From Chiloscyllium plagiosum (Eukaryota): a stretch of 35,983 nucleotides of DNA. This document shows positions 1 through 12,535 of the stretch, one piece after another (the stretch's first letter is position 1; each line of letters starts with the position of its first letter). Made by a program: the position numbers and the translations under genes. The notes below the pieces were generated by a model. The model saw only the letters and a program-made list of their open reading frames with translations, was not told where the DNA came from and made no database searches. Where the stretch lies: contig NC_057753.1 of NCBI RefSeq assembly GCF_004010195.1, positions 15,296,864-15,332,846 of the forward strand, in the 5' to 3' direction.

Positions 1-132
1 CCTGCCCCCAAACCCAACCAATATCACCCTCCGCCCACCTCCACCAGAGTAACCCTCCCGTCCCCAAACCCATCCAATATCACCCTCCACCCGCGTCCAA
101 CAGAGCATCCCGCCTGTCCCCAAACCCTCCCT
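1..132. repeat. C-rich tandem repeat, ~56-bp unit, ~2.3 copies
   Basis: aaaccca(a/t)ccaatatcaccctcc recurs at 10 and 66; partial copy at 122. Confidence 0.7.
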
Positions 133-677
133 GTGAAACCACCTCCAATCTCCACACCCATCCCAGTCTGGGTCATCTGTTTAAGATCAGCCGATTGGTG
201 TTTCTGTTACCTCTGGCACTCCGAGCAAATCTTCCTAATTCTGTCTATTCATTCAGATCTCATCCGCTTCAGCCTCCTGAAACTTCTTCCTGCCATTGTA
301 ACCCTCCCTGTTTAGAACACAGCATAGTTTCTCTTGAAACACATCTTTCTGGTGACGAAATCTTATTTATCCCTGTGTCACAAGTTATTGCTGAAACTTT
401 GACAATTCAAAAAAAAACTGTAATTGACTTTTCCCAGAAATTGCTGTCACAGCCTAATTCACTGGTGTACAGGTTTAGTTAAACTCTGTCCCTTTCCTGT
501 TCCCTTCTGCTTGTATTCAGTCACGTCCTTATGCTGTTCTGATGCGTCACCTTTTCTCTTTAGATTTGAAAAGCTCCTTTCACCTGAACCCTGTCCCTGC
601 GTCCTCTCTGTCATTTTAAATCCCTGTCCATAAACCTACCGACATGATTGGCTGGGACACTGTTCCCTGCAGTGTTG

Positions 678-892
678 TTTTTATTTCACTCGTGGGATGT
701 TGCTGTCTCTGGCTGGCCAGCATTTCATGCCCACCCCCGAGCTACCCTTGAGCTGAGTGGCTTGCCATATCATTCCAGTGGGCAGTTGAGCGTCGACATC
801 CTTGCTCTGGGTCTGAATTCATATGTAGGCCAGACTGGCAGCACATAACAGATTTCCTTACTTAAAGGGTATTAAGCAGTCAGATGGGTATC
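678..892 (-). mobile_element. Degenerate shark SINE/LINE 3'-tail fragment
   Basis: ttatttcactcgtgggatg...ctggccagcatttcatgccca...catatgtaggccagac...agatttcctt resembles the reverse complement of a common elasmobranch retroposon 3' end; related pieces near 5990-6330. Confidence 0.5.
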
Positions 893-1298
893 CCTGCTAC
901 CGGCATTAAATTCTGGATGAAGGGTCGAGTGAGAGTAAAACTAGGCCATTGCCTGGCCCACTGATAGCTCCCTCATCCCTGAGTACTGCTCCCAGTGCAC
1001 CACCTTCTAACTTGGTTTGATCCTGATACTTTCCTGCACTCTGGTGATATCATGCAGTCCCTCTCCATGTGATATCTGTCACCATGAGGGTCTAATTGCT
1101 GCCGATGACTGCACCTTCTGCAGCTACTCCAGATCCTGAACCAACGGAATTCTCCACTCCAGAGAGACGGGCAGCACAAGCCATGGATGGAGATTGGAAT
1201 ATTCCAGATCTCTGTGGTACTCAGTGCCATTCTCCATGTGTAATCCTGACTGCATCAGTCTAATTTCCCATCCTGTTCATTTTTTCTGTATCCTGTAG

Positions 1299-1426
1299 GT
1301 ACTCAGGATGCTCCTGACTCAGCAGAACTCCCAATTCCTGTTTCCTTCATCACCACATTGAAGACAGTCGGTCAGCCAGAGAGATGGAGTGTGAGATCTG
1401 AAGCCTTCAATAAACCCTGCAGTGAG
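1299..1426 (+). other. Candidate internal exon (128 nt), product unknown
   Basis: Polypyrimidine tract ttcattttttctgtatcctgtag (acceptor), gag|gtaaga donor, one open frame (TQDAPDSAELPIPVSFITTLKTVGQPERWSVRSEAFNKPCSE); no recognisable family. Confidence 0.3.
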
Positions 1427-2297
1427 GTAAGATCACTCACAGTGAACAGAGCAGAGTGTATTTAAGGGATTGAACTTTGATCCAGAAGATATGACATAGA
1501 TACGTGTTGAAGAACGAACACAGAGCACGATGGTCCCAGGGTCAATGCCCACCTTCTTGTTAATTTTCATCTCTGTTGCACTGAGCCTTCCTCTGACAAT
1601 ATGGGAAGCTCACATTTATCAATCCAGGCCTGTGCTGTCTTAGTGAGGATCAGTACAACATAGGGGAAAGCAGGCCTCTCTCAATGAGATGATATTGAAA
1701 CCTGGGATCCTTCTGTTCTATATTCCGTCTCTCACACTATCTCTTGTCGTGTGATGCAGTTATACAGCATGGGAACATGCCTTTTGGTCCAACTTGTTGT
1801 CTTGAATGCTTGTTATTCCTAGAAATTTTCATATTTCTGTAACCTCCACCCCTCCCATATTCCTGCTGTATATTTGAAACCTAATCCAATGCTGACGACT
1901 CTCCCTATGTGCAAATTGCTCCAGTGTCCATAACATGCCCAATCTCACTAATCTCAGTCCAAAAATCCCGATTTCTGTAATCTTGCACAATACTTACAGT
2001 GTCACCGTCACTGTAAAATCCTCCAGCCTGGACCAAAGTTCCCACCTGTGTACCTTCCTTAATCCCCAAGAAAACATGATATCACTGTAACCTTCTGCAG
2101 GCCCTAAAACACTCCTATCCTATAGCACCACACGACCTCAGTAACGTTCTCGCATCCCTACCGACCTCCTTATTTGCATTAACACCTCCAGACCCTTTTC
2201 AAGCCGCAACAGCATTCCACATCTCTGTTCGCTTCTCCACTCCCGACAGCCCTCCCAGCACCTCAAACACTATCTCTTTTTGTAATTCTGCAATTTG

Positions 2298-2612
2298 GGG
2301 GAATCACGGTGGCTCAGTGGTGAACAATGGTGCTTCACAGCGCCAGGGAACACAGGTTCAATTCCAGCGTTGGGTGACTGTCTGTGTGGAGTTTGCACAT
2401 TCACCCTATGTCTGCGTGGGTTTCCTCCGGGTGCTACGCTTTCCTCCCACAGTCCAAAGATGTGCAGGTCAGGTGGATTGGTCATTCTAAATTGCCCGTA
2501 GTGTTAGGTGCATTGTCAGCGAGAAGTGGGTCTGGGTGGGTTTCCCTTTGGAGGGTCGGTGTGGACTTGTTGGGCCTAAGTACCTGTTCCCATGCTGTAA
2601 GGAATCTAATCT
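2298..2612 (+). mobile_element. HE1-type V-SINE (tRNA-derived), full length
   Basis: A box ggtggctcagtgg, B box ggttcaattcc, V-domain gtgtggagtttgcacatt...gggtttcctccgggtgc, LINE-derived tail ending aatctaatct. Confidence 0.9.
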
Positions 2613-2623
2613 CCCTCTGCGTT

Positions 2624-2743
2624 GAGAAAGTGAGGACTGCAGATGCTGGAGATCAGAGCTGAAAATGTGTTGCTGGAAAAGCACAGCAGGTCAGGCAGCA
2701 TCCAAGGAACAGGAGAATCTACTTTTTCGGCATAAGCCCTTCT
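2624..2743 (-). mobile_element. Short Penelope pLTR-only insertion with 14-bp TSD
   Basis: Matches the terminal sequence of the Penelope at 18927-19015; tctccctctgcgtt at 2610-2623 and 2744-2757; decayed hammerhead remnant at its 5' end. Confidence 0.8.
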
Positions 2744-4514
2744 TCTCCCTCTGCGTTCCATTTTACTGCCCCTAAATATATCCCTCTATCCATAAACAGC
2801 CCCAAACCCTTCAAACCTCCAAGTCTCTGTGAACTCACACAGCTCCAACGTCCCTCCTTAACTGTGTAACTTTTTCCAGTCCTGAAACACTCTGAAAACG
2901 TGGGCATCCTACAATCCTCCCTATCTGCGTAATCCTCTCAGGTCCCTGCAACACCCCCGATCTGTGGAACCAACTCCAATGCTTGTGACTCTCCCGATCA
3001 GTTTCTACAAGACTTACTATCTATGTAACATCCTCCCGCCGCTATCACCAGCCCTGTCAATGTAAGCTCCTCTAGTCTCTCCATCAATCTAATCATTGCC
3101 ACAACCTTCTCCAGCTCTTACACCCCTATCTGTGTAAACGTTACACTCCCCTACTACCATCACTAAAGCAGTGAGTGCAATGCTCCCTATCTGTGTTAAT
3201 GTCTCCAGGCTCTGTTGCTGATCCTGCCTCTGTAAGCTCGGACAGATTGTCCAGCGTTCCGGTCCATATAATTTCCAGAACCTCAGCATCTGACATCAGC
3301 AAATGTTTTCATTAACTACAGCCTTCCATATCTCTGTTCCTTCCTCAATTCCATACAACTTCATAATCTCTGTAAATAGCAACATTCAATAAAATACTCC
3401 CTGTCTGTGAAAACTACCACAATCCTACACTGAAAAGCCTCACTGTCCTTTTGATCACCCGTCGTCCCTTCAGATCTCCCTGTATCTTTCCTGACTCCAT
3501 TGAATACAGCTCATCTCATGTTATAATTCCTCTAACTCATATGTTACTTCCCATCTCTGTGATATTCTTCAGTTACTGCATTTCTTATTCTTTATCTCCA
3601 GACCTTCCAATCCCCCTGATCGATGTAAGATTATTTATCCCTTGCAGCATGTTTAACATCTGAAGCAGCCTCCAACTCCTGTTGCTGTAACCTCCTCAAA
3701 TACTACAGCTCACTGTCTTTGTAATATTTTCCAGTAACTGCAACCCTGTATCCTCCTCCAGAACAGCACTCCACATCTCTGTGTAACTGATGGGAATGCT
3801 GCAAACCTGCCTTCACAGTCCTCTTTAGCTCTCTGAACTACTGCAGCCCGAGAACCCTCAGCATCTGTGGCTCCTCCAATCCCTACACTTCTCCCTGGCT
3901 GTGTGAACTGAACCAACTCCTTCAACCCTCCCTATCCCACTTCTACAGCTCCAACTATTGTCCATGTCAGTGAAATTCCCAGCACCAACAATCCTCCAGG
4001 ACTCTATAAACTCCTGAGCTCCAAGTACTACCCAAATCTGTGTAATCTCCTGTCCGTCCAATCCTCCCGGTCTCTATAAACTCCTGTAGCTCCAACTACC
4101 ACCAATATCTCTGTAATCTCCAGACCTGGCAACCCTCCCCCTCTCTGTATCTCCTGTAGCTCCAATGATCACCCCATCTGTGTAATCTCTCGTCCCTATA
4201 TTCCTCCTGATCTCTGTAACTCCTTCAGAACTGATAACCCTGTAACGCTCCTTGACATCTTTCAGCCCGCCAACCATCTGATCTCTAATCACCAACAGTG
4301 ATCTCAAACCACCCGAACTCTGTAAGATCCTCCAGTCTCTCCAACCCAGCTTTTCTCTGTTAGCTTCTCTGGTGTCTGTATTCCCCTTTATCTCCAGTTA
4401 CAGATCCTTGATCAGGAGTAAATATCTCAGTACCAAATATGTAAGAACACAAGAATCTTTGGTGTATCAATAAAATTGTTGCATTTTCTAAATTTTAACG
4501 ACTGCAAGTTCAAC

Positions 4515-4830
4515 CTCTCCACCTCCTCTCATCAATATCCCTCCATTTTGAAGATCAGCCTGTTGAATCTTCTCTGGGCTGCCTCCAATGCAAGGACATT
4601 TTCCCTCCAGATAGGGGACCAAACCTGATCACAGTATTGTCAATGTGGGCTGATTGGAGTCCTCTATAGTTATTACAAGCCTTCCCTATTTTTATTCTCC
4701 ATTCCCTTTGGAATCAATGCCAGCATTCCATTTACATTCTCTATGTTCTGCTGGCCCTGTATGCTACCTTTCTGAGATTTATACACGAGAATTCCCACGT
4801 TACTGCGTTGTGTAGCTTTCTGCAGTTGAT
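4515..4830 (-). mobile_element. CR1 LINE ORF2 C-terminal fragment, decayed
   Basis: Minus strand reads approximately QYCDQVWSP...ENVLALEAAQRRFNRLI, matching the CR1 post-RT motif YCVQFWSP...LERVQRRFTR. Confidence 0.75.
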
Positions 4831-4905
4831 CTTAAACCAAGAGCTGACAGCAGTAATCAGGAAGATGCTGGAATGTATGGCAAACGATATGCCAGAAATA
4901 ATAGT

Positions 4906-5225
4906 GGGTGGCACGGTGGCACAGTGGTTAGCACTGTTGCCTCACAGCGCCAGAGACCCTGGTTCAATTCCCGCCTCAGACGACTGACTGTGTGGAGTTT
5001 GCACGTTCTCCCCGTGTCTGCGTGGGTTTCCTCCGGGTGCTCTGGTTTCCTCCCACAGTCCGAAGATGTGCAGGTCAGGTGAATTGACCATGCTAAATTG
5101 CCCGTAGTGTTAGGTAAGGGGTAAATGTAGGGGTAGGGGTATGGGTGGGTTGCGCTTCGCCTGGTCGGTGTGGACTTGTTGGGCTGAAGGGCCTGTTTCC
5201 ACACTGTAATGTGATCTAATCTAAT
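4906..5225 (+). mobile_element. HE1-type V-SINE, full length, well conserved
   Basis: ggtggcacagtggttagcac A box, ggttcaattccc B box, V-domain, tail cctgtttccacactgtaa...atctaatctaat. Confidence 0.92.
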
Positions 5226-5267
5226 AACTGCACAGTTAATAACCTATGGAAAAAGCGCAGTCCATTT

Positions 5268-5895
5268 ATAGGAGTAGAATTAAGCCATTCGGTCCAATGG
5301 GTCTATTCCACTAATCGATTATGTTTTAATTCTTTCTCAACCCCATTCTCTCACTTACTCCCTGTAACCATTGATCTCCTTACTCATCAATATCCTGGCT
5401 ATCTCTGAGTTAGATATGTTAAATCACTTAGCACACACAGACCCATGAGGTAGTGAGTTCAACAGATCCATCACCCTCTGGCTGAAGAAATTCCTCCACA
5501 TCTCTATTCTGAAGAGTCGTCCCTTCACTCCGAATCTGTGCCCTTTGCCCGTAGTCTCTCCTGCTCGTAGAAACATCTTGCCTTCTTTCACTCCATCCAG
5601 GCCCCTCAGTATTCTGTAAGTTTGAATGAGATCCTGCCGCTGTCTCTGAAACTACATCAAGTGCAGACCCAGAGACTTCATCTGCTCCTCATATAACACG
5701 AATTTCATCCCTGAGATCTTTCTTGGAAACCCATTTCTCGTACCCCTTCACATCCTTTGTCCAGACTCTGAATGAATAACGTGTAGAGTGTAGTCCCAAC
5801 ACTGACCCCTGCTCCCCTCATCACCAGTTCCCATCGTGAAAAAAAACGTTTCTTCACACTCTCTGTCTTGTGCCAATCAGACAAATCCTTTATCC
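5268..5895 (-). mobile_element. CR1 LINE 3' end fragment(s), decayed
   Basis: ataggagtagaattaagccattcggtcc 3' terminus and caccctctggctgaagaaattcc (minus: ..FFSQRV..) typical of the end of CR1 ORF2. Confidence 0.7.
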
Positions 5896-5989
5896 ATGTT
5901 CAGCAAGTTGTTCTGAAACGGAAAATTCATTTCACACACACTGCTGTATTTATTTTTCTGTCTGGCTGTAAACAGCAGAGTTTCACCAT

Positions 5990-6335
5990 TGCCTTCCTAT
6001 CTGTAATTCCCTGGAGAAGGTGGTGGTGAGCTGGCTTCCTCACCCACTGGAGTCCTTTAGGTGAAGGGAGGATGGAGCGTGGCTTGAAGAGCACCTTGGA
6101 AATGCTGGTGTTCCCGTGCAGCTGGATCTCCTGTCCTTCCAGGGTATAGTGGATCGGGTTTGTAAAGTGCTGTTGAAAGGGCCTGCCTGAGTGACCTCAG
6201 TGCTACTTGGAGATCTTTTATGCCTTCAGTCATTCACGGACATGAACTTTGATGGCTGAGTCAGCAGTTCTTTTTGATTTTGTGTTGTTCCTGAGAAGGT
6301 GATGAGCTGCCTTCCTGAGCCACTGCGCTAGCCGT
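5990..6335 (-). mobile_element. Two LINE/SINE 3'-tail fragments
   Basis: gagaaggtg(gtg)gtgagctg(g/c)cttcct occurs twice (~6015 and ~6293). Confidence 0.45.
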
Positions 6336-6949
6336 TGGAAATTCTAATCACTTAAAATCTCTCCCTTTTTAAATTTGTCACCCCTTCAGCTTCTGTAACT
6401 CTCCATATAACTGTAATCAATGACAGCACAGATTCCCTTCCTAAATCTCTATAATTACAATGGTAGCATGTGCTAAATTGGCACTTTTCGTCCTCTTTAT
6501 CCATGTCATGACTTTCAGTCCCTACAATCCCACTATTTGGAATGCACCTCTTCATGTCCTGAGGGACCTTGAACACTACCAGTGCTTGAAAGTTTATATC
6601 CCACTCAGTTACTGCAAGTCTTCTAACTCTGTAACATCCAACAGTCTCCAGTACCATACAACACTTGCTGGCTCTCAATTTGCATTTGTTGAAGTCTGCA
6701 CATCTCTGTAAGCAGCTCAGAAAAAGCCCTTTAGACTCTACAAAGCTCCATCATGAACAAGCTACAATCTTTCTATTTCCTTTGCCTTCTTCTGTGTCTT
6801 CAACTCTCACTCTATCTTCCAGTAAACCTCTTTAGTTGCTGCAGGTTTCCCTAGCTCCCCAGATAACCTGTTACATCCCATATAGCTCTCTCAATCACTG
6901 TAACACCTCTGCTCTGTCTAATCCTCCTTTTTTCCATTGTCTTCTAGGA

Positions 6950-7440
6950 ACAACAGTGATCCTGTAAGAGAGCAGTGCAGAACGGGCTGTTATATATCTC
7001 AGCTGAGGCATGAGGCCTACCATTACCTGGGAGTCACAAGGGGAAAGACCCTGAGAGAGAGCAGTAGAATATTAATCAGCAGCGAGGATCGAGGCCAACT
7101 GGGACTTGGTGTTGGAGAAACAGCAGAGCAGGAGGCTCGAAATCAACAGCGAGTCACAGAGGGAGTGACCATGTGAGGGAGCAACATGGAGCTGGAGCTT
7201 GAGGCTCACTCACGTCTCGGAGGTGAATGCACCAACATGGGACGATATAAATCAGCACTGAGGATTGAGGCCTAGTCATGCCTGGGATTTACAGAGACGG
7301 CGGCCCAGTGAGGGAACAGACTGTAGGGGCAGCTGGAGGATTACACGTCCTTGGCAGTCACAGAGATGGTGACCCTGTGAGGGAGTAGAGTGGAGTGGGA
7401 GCTGAAGGATTACACGTGTCTGGAGTCACGGAGAAAACCT
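6950..7440. repeat. Degenerate ~65-bp tandem repeat, possibly the 5' UTR of the downstream CR1
   Basis: gagtcaca/cg...gacc(c/a)tg(t/a)gag..ag...gagg motifs recur at ~7031, 7151, 7356, 7423. Confidence 0.5.
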
Positions 7441-7759
7441 TCTGCTGCTGGGACCTGCATACACTGAGTTTGAATGAAGTGCAAGAGCCATCAGAGAAAA
7501 GGCTGTATGTTCATTGTCTGATAAATGCACCGTTATTAGTGACTGTCAGTTAATTGCTGTAAGTCATCAAATTTATTTTTTAACTTCTGAAGTAAAGATT
7601 GATCTCAAAAATATGAGGGGGATGTGAAATTCTGAGCAAGTATAATAAATTACGCTCAGTAAGCCAAGGTGGAATAAGGGACTTAACCATATTATGATGT
7701 CCCTGATGTTAACTTAATTCTAAGTAATTAAGTAAGTTACTCTAGACATGTTGCATTTT

Positions 7760-9640
7760 AAGATATGGCAAGGCATGTTTGTCAAAAGGAAAATGTGTTC
7801 TGTTACATTGGGAAGTCAGAGCGCCTGCTCGTGTCCTCGATGAACACTGAGTCGTAGAGCTCAGACAGTGACTCGAGACTCTGTCATACTGAGAGTTATG
7901 GTGATAGCACACGCACAGAACACCCACTCTGCAGACATGACACCATGGAATAAGTAAGGGATGGGGTCTAGGCAATCGAAGAGAAACAGCCAGGAAATCC
8001 AGGTATAGCCTGACGTCTCCCTCCCAATTCAGTTTCCCATTTCGGAAGCTGATGAAGGTGCAGTCAGTGCCATGTCTGTGGCCCCACAAGCAGCCTGACT
8101 GTGTAGGAGTGGAGGGAGAAGGAAGGAGGAGCAATAGTCACAGAGGAGTGATGAAAGTGATGAAGGTGTCAGCGTGTCTGTAATTCCAGGATAGTGGGGT
8201 TAAGAATGTTACTGTGTCTGCACGACAATCGTCTGGTGGCCAGTGAGCAGTCAAAGGTCATGTCCACGTTGGTAGGAATGGCATGGGTAGGAAGAGTGAA
8301 GTGGTCTGGGAATCAGAATTTAGGGAGTTAGGTGGATGGTTAGCAAATGGGAACTCAAATGTATCAATCCCTGGAATACTCACAGGGCCGTGGACAAGTG
8401 AAAACAAGACTCGGAGTTTTAGGTAGATGAGAGTGTGACTGGAACGATGGTGCAGCAGGAAGGGCTTCAGATTCCTGGGTCATTAGGACTGGTTCTGGGG
8501 AAGGCTGCAACTGCACAAACTGGATGGGCTAACATGACAGAGCTGGGGCTGAATTCCTTCTGGGGTGTGTGGGTGGAATTGAAAATAACTTGGCGTGTGT
8601 ATGGGATCCAAATAGGAATCGTGGAGGAGACTACCAGGATTCTCAAAATAATGGGAGATACAGTTGGTACTAATTTACAACAACAAGTTTATCAGTGGAA
8701 GATGGAGTGAGAAAGAAAACCTTAATTTGAGGTATTCTGCATGGACATGAATACTCGGAATGTGGGAAGTTCCAGAAGTAGTTTGGTGTGTGGAAATCTG
8801 ATGGGCTCATCACCGAGAGCTGGCTCAGTGAATGGCAGGACTGGGGGTTAAATATTGCTGGGGATAAAGGATTCCAAAATGATAGAAGGGAAGAGAAAGG
8901 ATGAAGGTAGATGTATTGGTTGAGATTAGCGTTAGTTAAGGAGTCCAAGAAAAAAAGGATCCATCCAAGGACAGAATGAATTTGGCTGGAGCTACAGAAC
9001 AAAAAGTGTACAATTAAACTGCGAGGTACAGTCTATCAGCCAGCAATCATTGGAAAGGATGGAGACAATAAATATGCAGGGGCATTTGAGTGCGATGATA
9101 ATACTACAGATTAGTTATGCTGAGAAACTTAATTTATCCAAATCTTGACTGAGTTATTGCTGGTGCAGGGTCATGAGGGGCCAGTATCCCTGGATTATAT
9201 GGAGGAGAGCTCACTTCAGGAATATGTGTCCAGCCCAAGAGTGCATGTACTATTGGACCTGGTCCTTGGGAAAGAGATGGGGCAAGTGGATCCAGTGTCA
9301 GTAGGGGAACGTTTTGGGGTGCAGCGATCTTTATTTTTCTAAAGTTCAGAATGATGGTAGAGAATGATATGCAATAATTGAGAGGGAGAAACATTAGTTG
9401 ACTGGGAGCAGCCTTCAATAAGGCAAGAATGAAGCTGGGAACTTTTCAACAAGGCCAGTGAAATTGTAGCTTTAAATAGCTAGGTCAGATGGAGCTGGGA
9501 TTGTGGAGATGTGGCTGCAGTGTGACCACGACTGAGAACTGGATAATCAAAGGGTTTTCCCCATTTCTACAGGAAGGATAAGTAGGCCAAAACAGTGAAG
9601 TAGTGTTGTGTATAACGGATGGGATCAGTATTATTGTGAC
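7760..9640 (+). mobile_element. Decayed CR1 LINE 5' half: ORF1 (Zn-finger/esterase-like) and ORF2 AP endonuclease
   Basis: VHVGRNGMGRK (~8263, cf. VHVGTND of CR1 ORF1 esterase), ITESWLSEWQDWGLNIAG (~8809), LQEYVSSPR..LLDLVLG..GQVDPVSVGERFG (9214-9318); many stops and frameshifts; second endonuclease-start fragment ~9490-9630. Confidence 0.8.
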
Positions 9641-9859
9641 GCTAATCAATTCACATACTGCTCCTCCCTGTCCTCATCCCTCATCACTGCGTATTGATCC
9701 TATCAGATATTGGTAACCTTTGAAAACTTCAGAAAATAGCACAGTATAGAGGCGATGACTCTGTCCACTGTCTGCATTGGACAAGATGTAAAGTTTGTTA
9801 AAGCCCTGGTTCTGTCTCCCCAGACAGTGTAGGACTTCAGGTGCAGATCCCAGCACATT

Positions 9860-11190
9860 TTTAGAATGGTTTGAGAATGTCTGCATCTACTCCGCTTCCA
9901 TGAGTGACTCCCGGGTCCCTACCATACTCTGGGTGAAATAACAACTTTCCTCACCACTTCTCTAATATTTCATCCAATTACATTAAAGATTCACCGCTGG
10001 TAATTGAGCTCTCTAACAGCAACAAGAAGTTGTCTCCCTTTCTACCCATGTCCCTGACAATATGTGCACCCCAATCAAATCTCTTCTCAGCATCCTCCAT
10101 TCCAATCTTTTCTCAAACTGCACTTCCCCGTTCACAGGGTGGAGAATGTCCTCTGTACCCTCTCCAGTCCAATTCCATCCTTCCATGTGATGGAGTGGTC
10201 AGAACTGTACACAGTCCCCAAGCTATGACTGAACTCATTATTTATTCCTTTCCTGCATAAGCTTCCTGCTCTGAAGTTCATTATTTTGCCTGATAGAGGA
10301 AATAATTCCATTTGCTACATTAATGAGGTTCTTGATGATTCCAGCTACCTTCATTTATCTGCCCACAATGACCATACTCTCATTTATTGACCATTCCCCA
10401 CTATTGCTGATGTCCCCAAATGCCTTGCCTTGCACTTCTCTGGGTTTTTGCTCCATTCACCTGGACCCCATAGATTCTGTTTTTAAACAGCCTGCCGTGG
10501 GATCTCTCGTCAAATCCAAGTAAGTCACATGCAGTTACAGGTTAGTGCCTCAAACCGACACAATCAGACTAACTACACACGATCTTCCTTGAATAAATCA
10601 AGACCGACTGTCCTGGAGTCCCTGGGACATCCTCAGTGACTGTTCATCCACTGTCTCAGAATTCCAGCCTCGATATTTTCAGTCAGTCCCTTGCTCCACA
10701 TTAACAAAGCTGCAGTGTTAGTCGTTTTCCAGTCCTCCGGCACCATCCCTGCATCCAGTGAGGATTGGATAATATAGGTAACTATAAGGCAGGAGATTTT
10801 CCCCGGCTTCTTTTAACAGTCTGGAACATTGTGTTACTCCATTTTAAGTATTTGAATCTCCTGTAAAATTCTCCGCTCCAAGTTTGTCGCTCCCAATATT
10901 TCACACTGCATCCCTACTTTGTTTCAGACAGACAGAGGTCTGAACCATCTTATGATTTGGCCAAGTCTTATTTTAGTCCAGTTTCATGGAGAGTTTCTCT
11001 CCACAAGGTGAAGTGCATTTTCTCATGGTACCATCCCCAATCTGCCTCATTAACTACCCTCCCTGCCCGTGGTTATCTTCTCAACTGACACTACACGATG
11101 ATTTTCCCCTTCGTCATAACAACTGCCCACTGCCTGGATATCCCAGAATGCACCAGCCTCCTTGTTCTAGGTGCCATTATTAAAATGACA
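9860..11190 (-). mobile_element. Decayed, internally deleted CR1 ORF2 (RT region)
   Basis: Minus strand IIQSSLDAGMVPEDWKT (~10725-10775), VTYLDL (~10512-10530), CVQF..LERVQR (~10150-10215). Confidence 0.7.
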
Positions 11191-11210
11191 GTACAACCTT
11201 AGATTGGCAA

Positions 11211-11710
11211 NNNNNNNNNNNNNNNNNNNNNNNNNNNNNNNNNNNNNNNNNNNNNNNNNNNNNNNNNNNNNNNNNNNNNNNNNNNNNNNNNNNNNNNNNN
11301 NNNNNNNNNNNNNNNNNNNNNNNNNNNNNNNNNNNNNNNNNNNNNNNNNNNNNNNNNNNNNNNNNNNNNNNNNNNNNNNNNNNNNNNNNNNNNNNNNNNN
11401 NNNNNNNNNNNNNNNNNNNNNNNNNNNNNNNNNNNNNNNNNNNNNNNNNNNNNNNNNNNNNNNNNNNNNNNNNNNNNNNNNNNNNNNNNNNNNNNNNNNN
11501 NNNNNNNNNNNNNNNNNNNNNNNNNNNNNNNNNNNNNNNNNNNNNNNNNNNNNNNNNNNNNNNNNNNNNNNNNNNNNNNNNNNNNNNNNNNNNNNNNNNN
11601 NNNNNNNNNNNNNNNNNNNNNNNNNNNNNNNNNNNNNNNNNNNNNNNNNNNNNNNNNNNNNNNNNNNNNNNNNNNNNNNNNNNNNNNNNNNNNNNNNNNN
11701 NNNNNNNNNN
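11211..11710. other. Assembly gap
   Basis: N run. Confidence 1.
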
Positions 11711-12490
11711 TCTCAGGGAGATATCTGTACACTGACTGGTGTCACTCAGTCCCCTCTCTCTATTTCAGGGAGATATCTGTACACTGACTGGTGTCTCTCA
11801 GTCCCCTCTCTCTCTATTTCAGGGAGATATCTGTACACTGACTGGTGTCGCTCAGTCTCCTCTCTCTCTATTTCAGGGAGATATCTGCACACTGACTGGT
11901 GTCTCTCAGTCCCCTCTCTCTCTATTTCAGGGAGATATCTGTACAATGACTGGCGTCTCTCAGTCCCCTCATCTCTGTCGATTAGTGAGATATCTATACA
12001 GTGACTGGTGTCCTTCAGTCCCCTCTCTCTCTCAGGGAGATATCTGTACACTGACTGGTGTCCTTCAGTCACCTCTCGCTCTCAGGGAGATATCTGTACA
12101 CTGACTGGTGTCCTTCATTCCCCTCTCGCTCTCAGGGAGATATCTGTACACTGACTGGTGTCTCTCAGTCTCCTCTCGCTCTCAGGGAGATATCTGTACA
12201 CTGACTGGTGTCTCTCAGTCTCCTCTCTCTCTCTCTCTCGCTCTCTCTCAATCTCTCACTGAGATATATGGAGACTGATTGGTGTCACTCAGTCCTCTTT
12301 CACTCTCTCAGAAAGATATCTGGACACTGACTTGCGTCTCTCAGTTTACTTTTGCTCCCTCTCTGGGAGACTGGTGTCTCTCAGTACACACCTCTCTCTC
12401 TCAAGGACATATCTGTACACTAACTGGTGTCTCTCAGTTCATTCACTCACTCACTCAGGGAGAATGATTGCACTGACTGGTGTCGACCAT
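11711..12490 (+). repeat. Minisatellite, ~50-54-bp unit (cagggagatatctgtacactgactggtgtctctcagtccc + (ct)n)
   Basis: agggagatatc at 11715, 11767, 11821, 11875, 11929 and onward. Confidence 0.95.
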
Positions 12491-12535
12491 TCCACACACA
12501 CCCCGCCCCCCCCCCCCCCCCCCCCCCCCCCCCCC

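Larger units (their letters stand above)
1830..4400. repeat. Highly degenerate pyrimidine-rich minisatellite (atctctgtaacctcctccagcccctaca-type), interrupted by SINE/Penelope insertions
   Basis: Recurrent atctctgtaa/ctccagc motifs at about 35-40 bp spacing; same family at 6350-6930, 15180-16180 (opposite strand) and 34370-35983. Confidence 0.6.

Noticed and set aside
4906..4985. tRNA-like A/B box sequences (also other HE1 heads)
   Set aside because: Continue into the SINE V-domain and LINE-derived tail; not tRNA genes
7021..7400. Possible minus-strand microexons or antigen-receptor J-like segments
   Set aside because: No WGxG/FGxG motif or clear heptamer-nonamer RSS; splice-like signals are inconsistent between units and explained by a degenerate repeat
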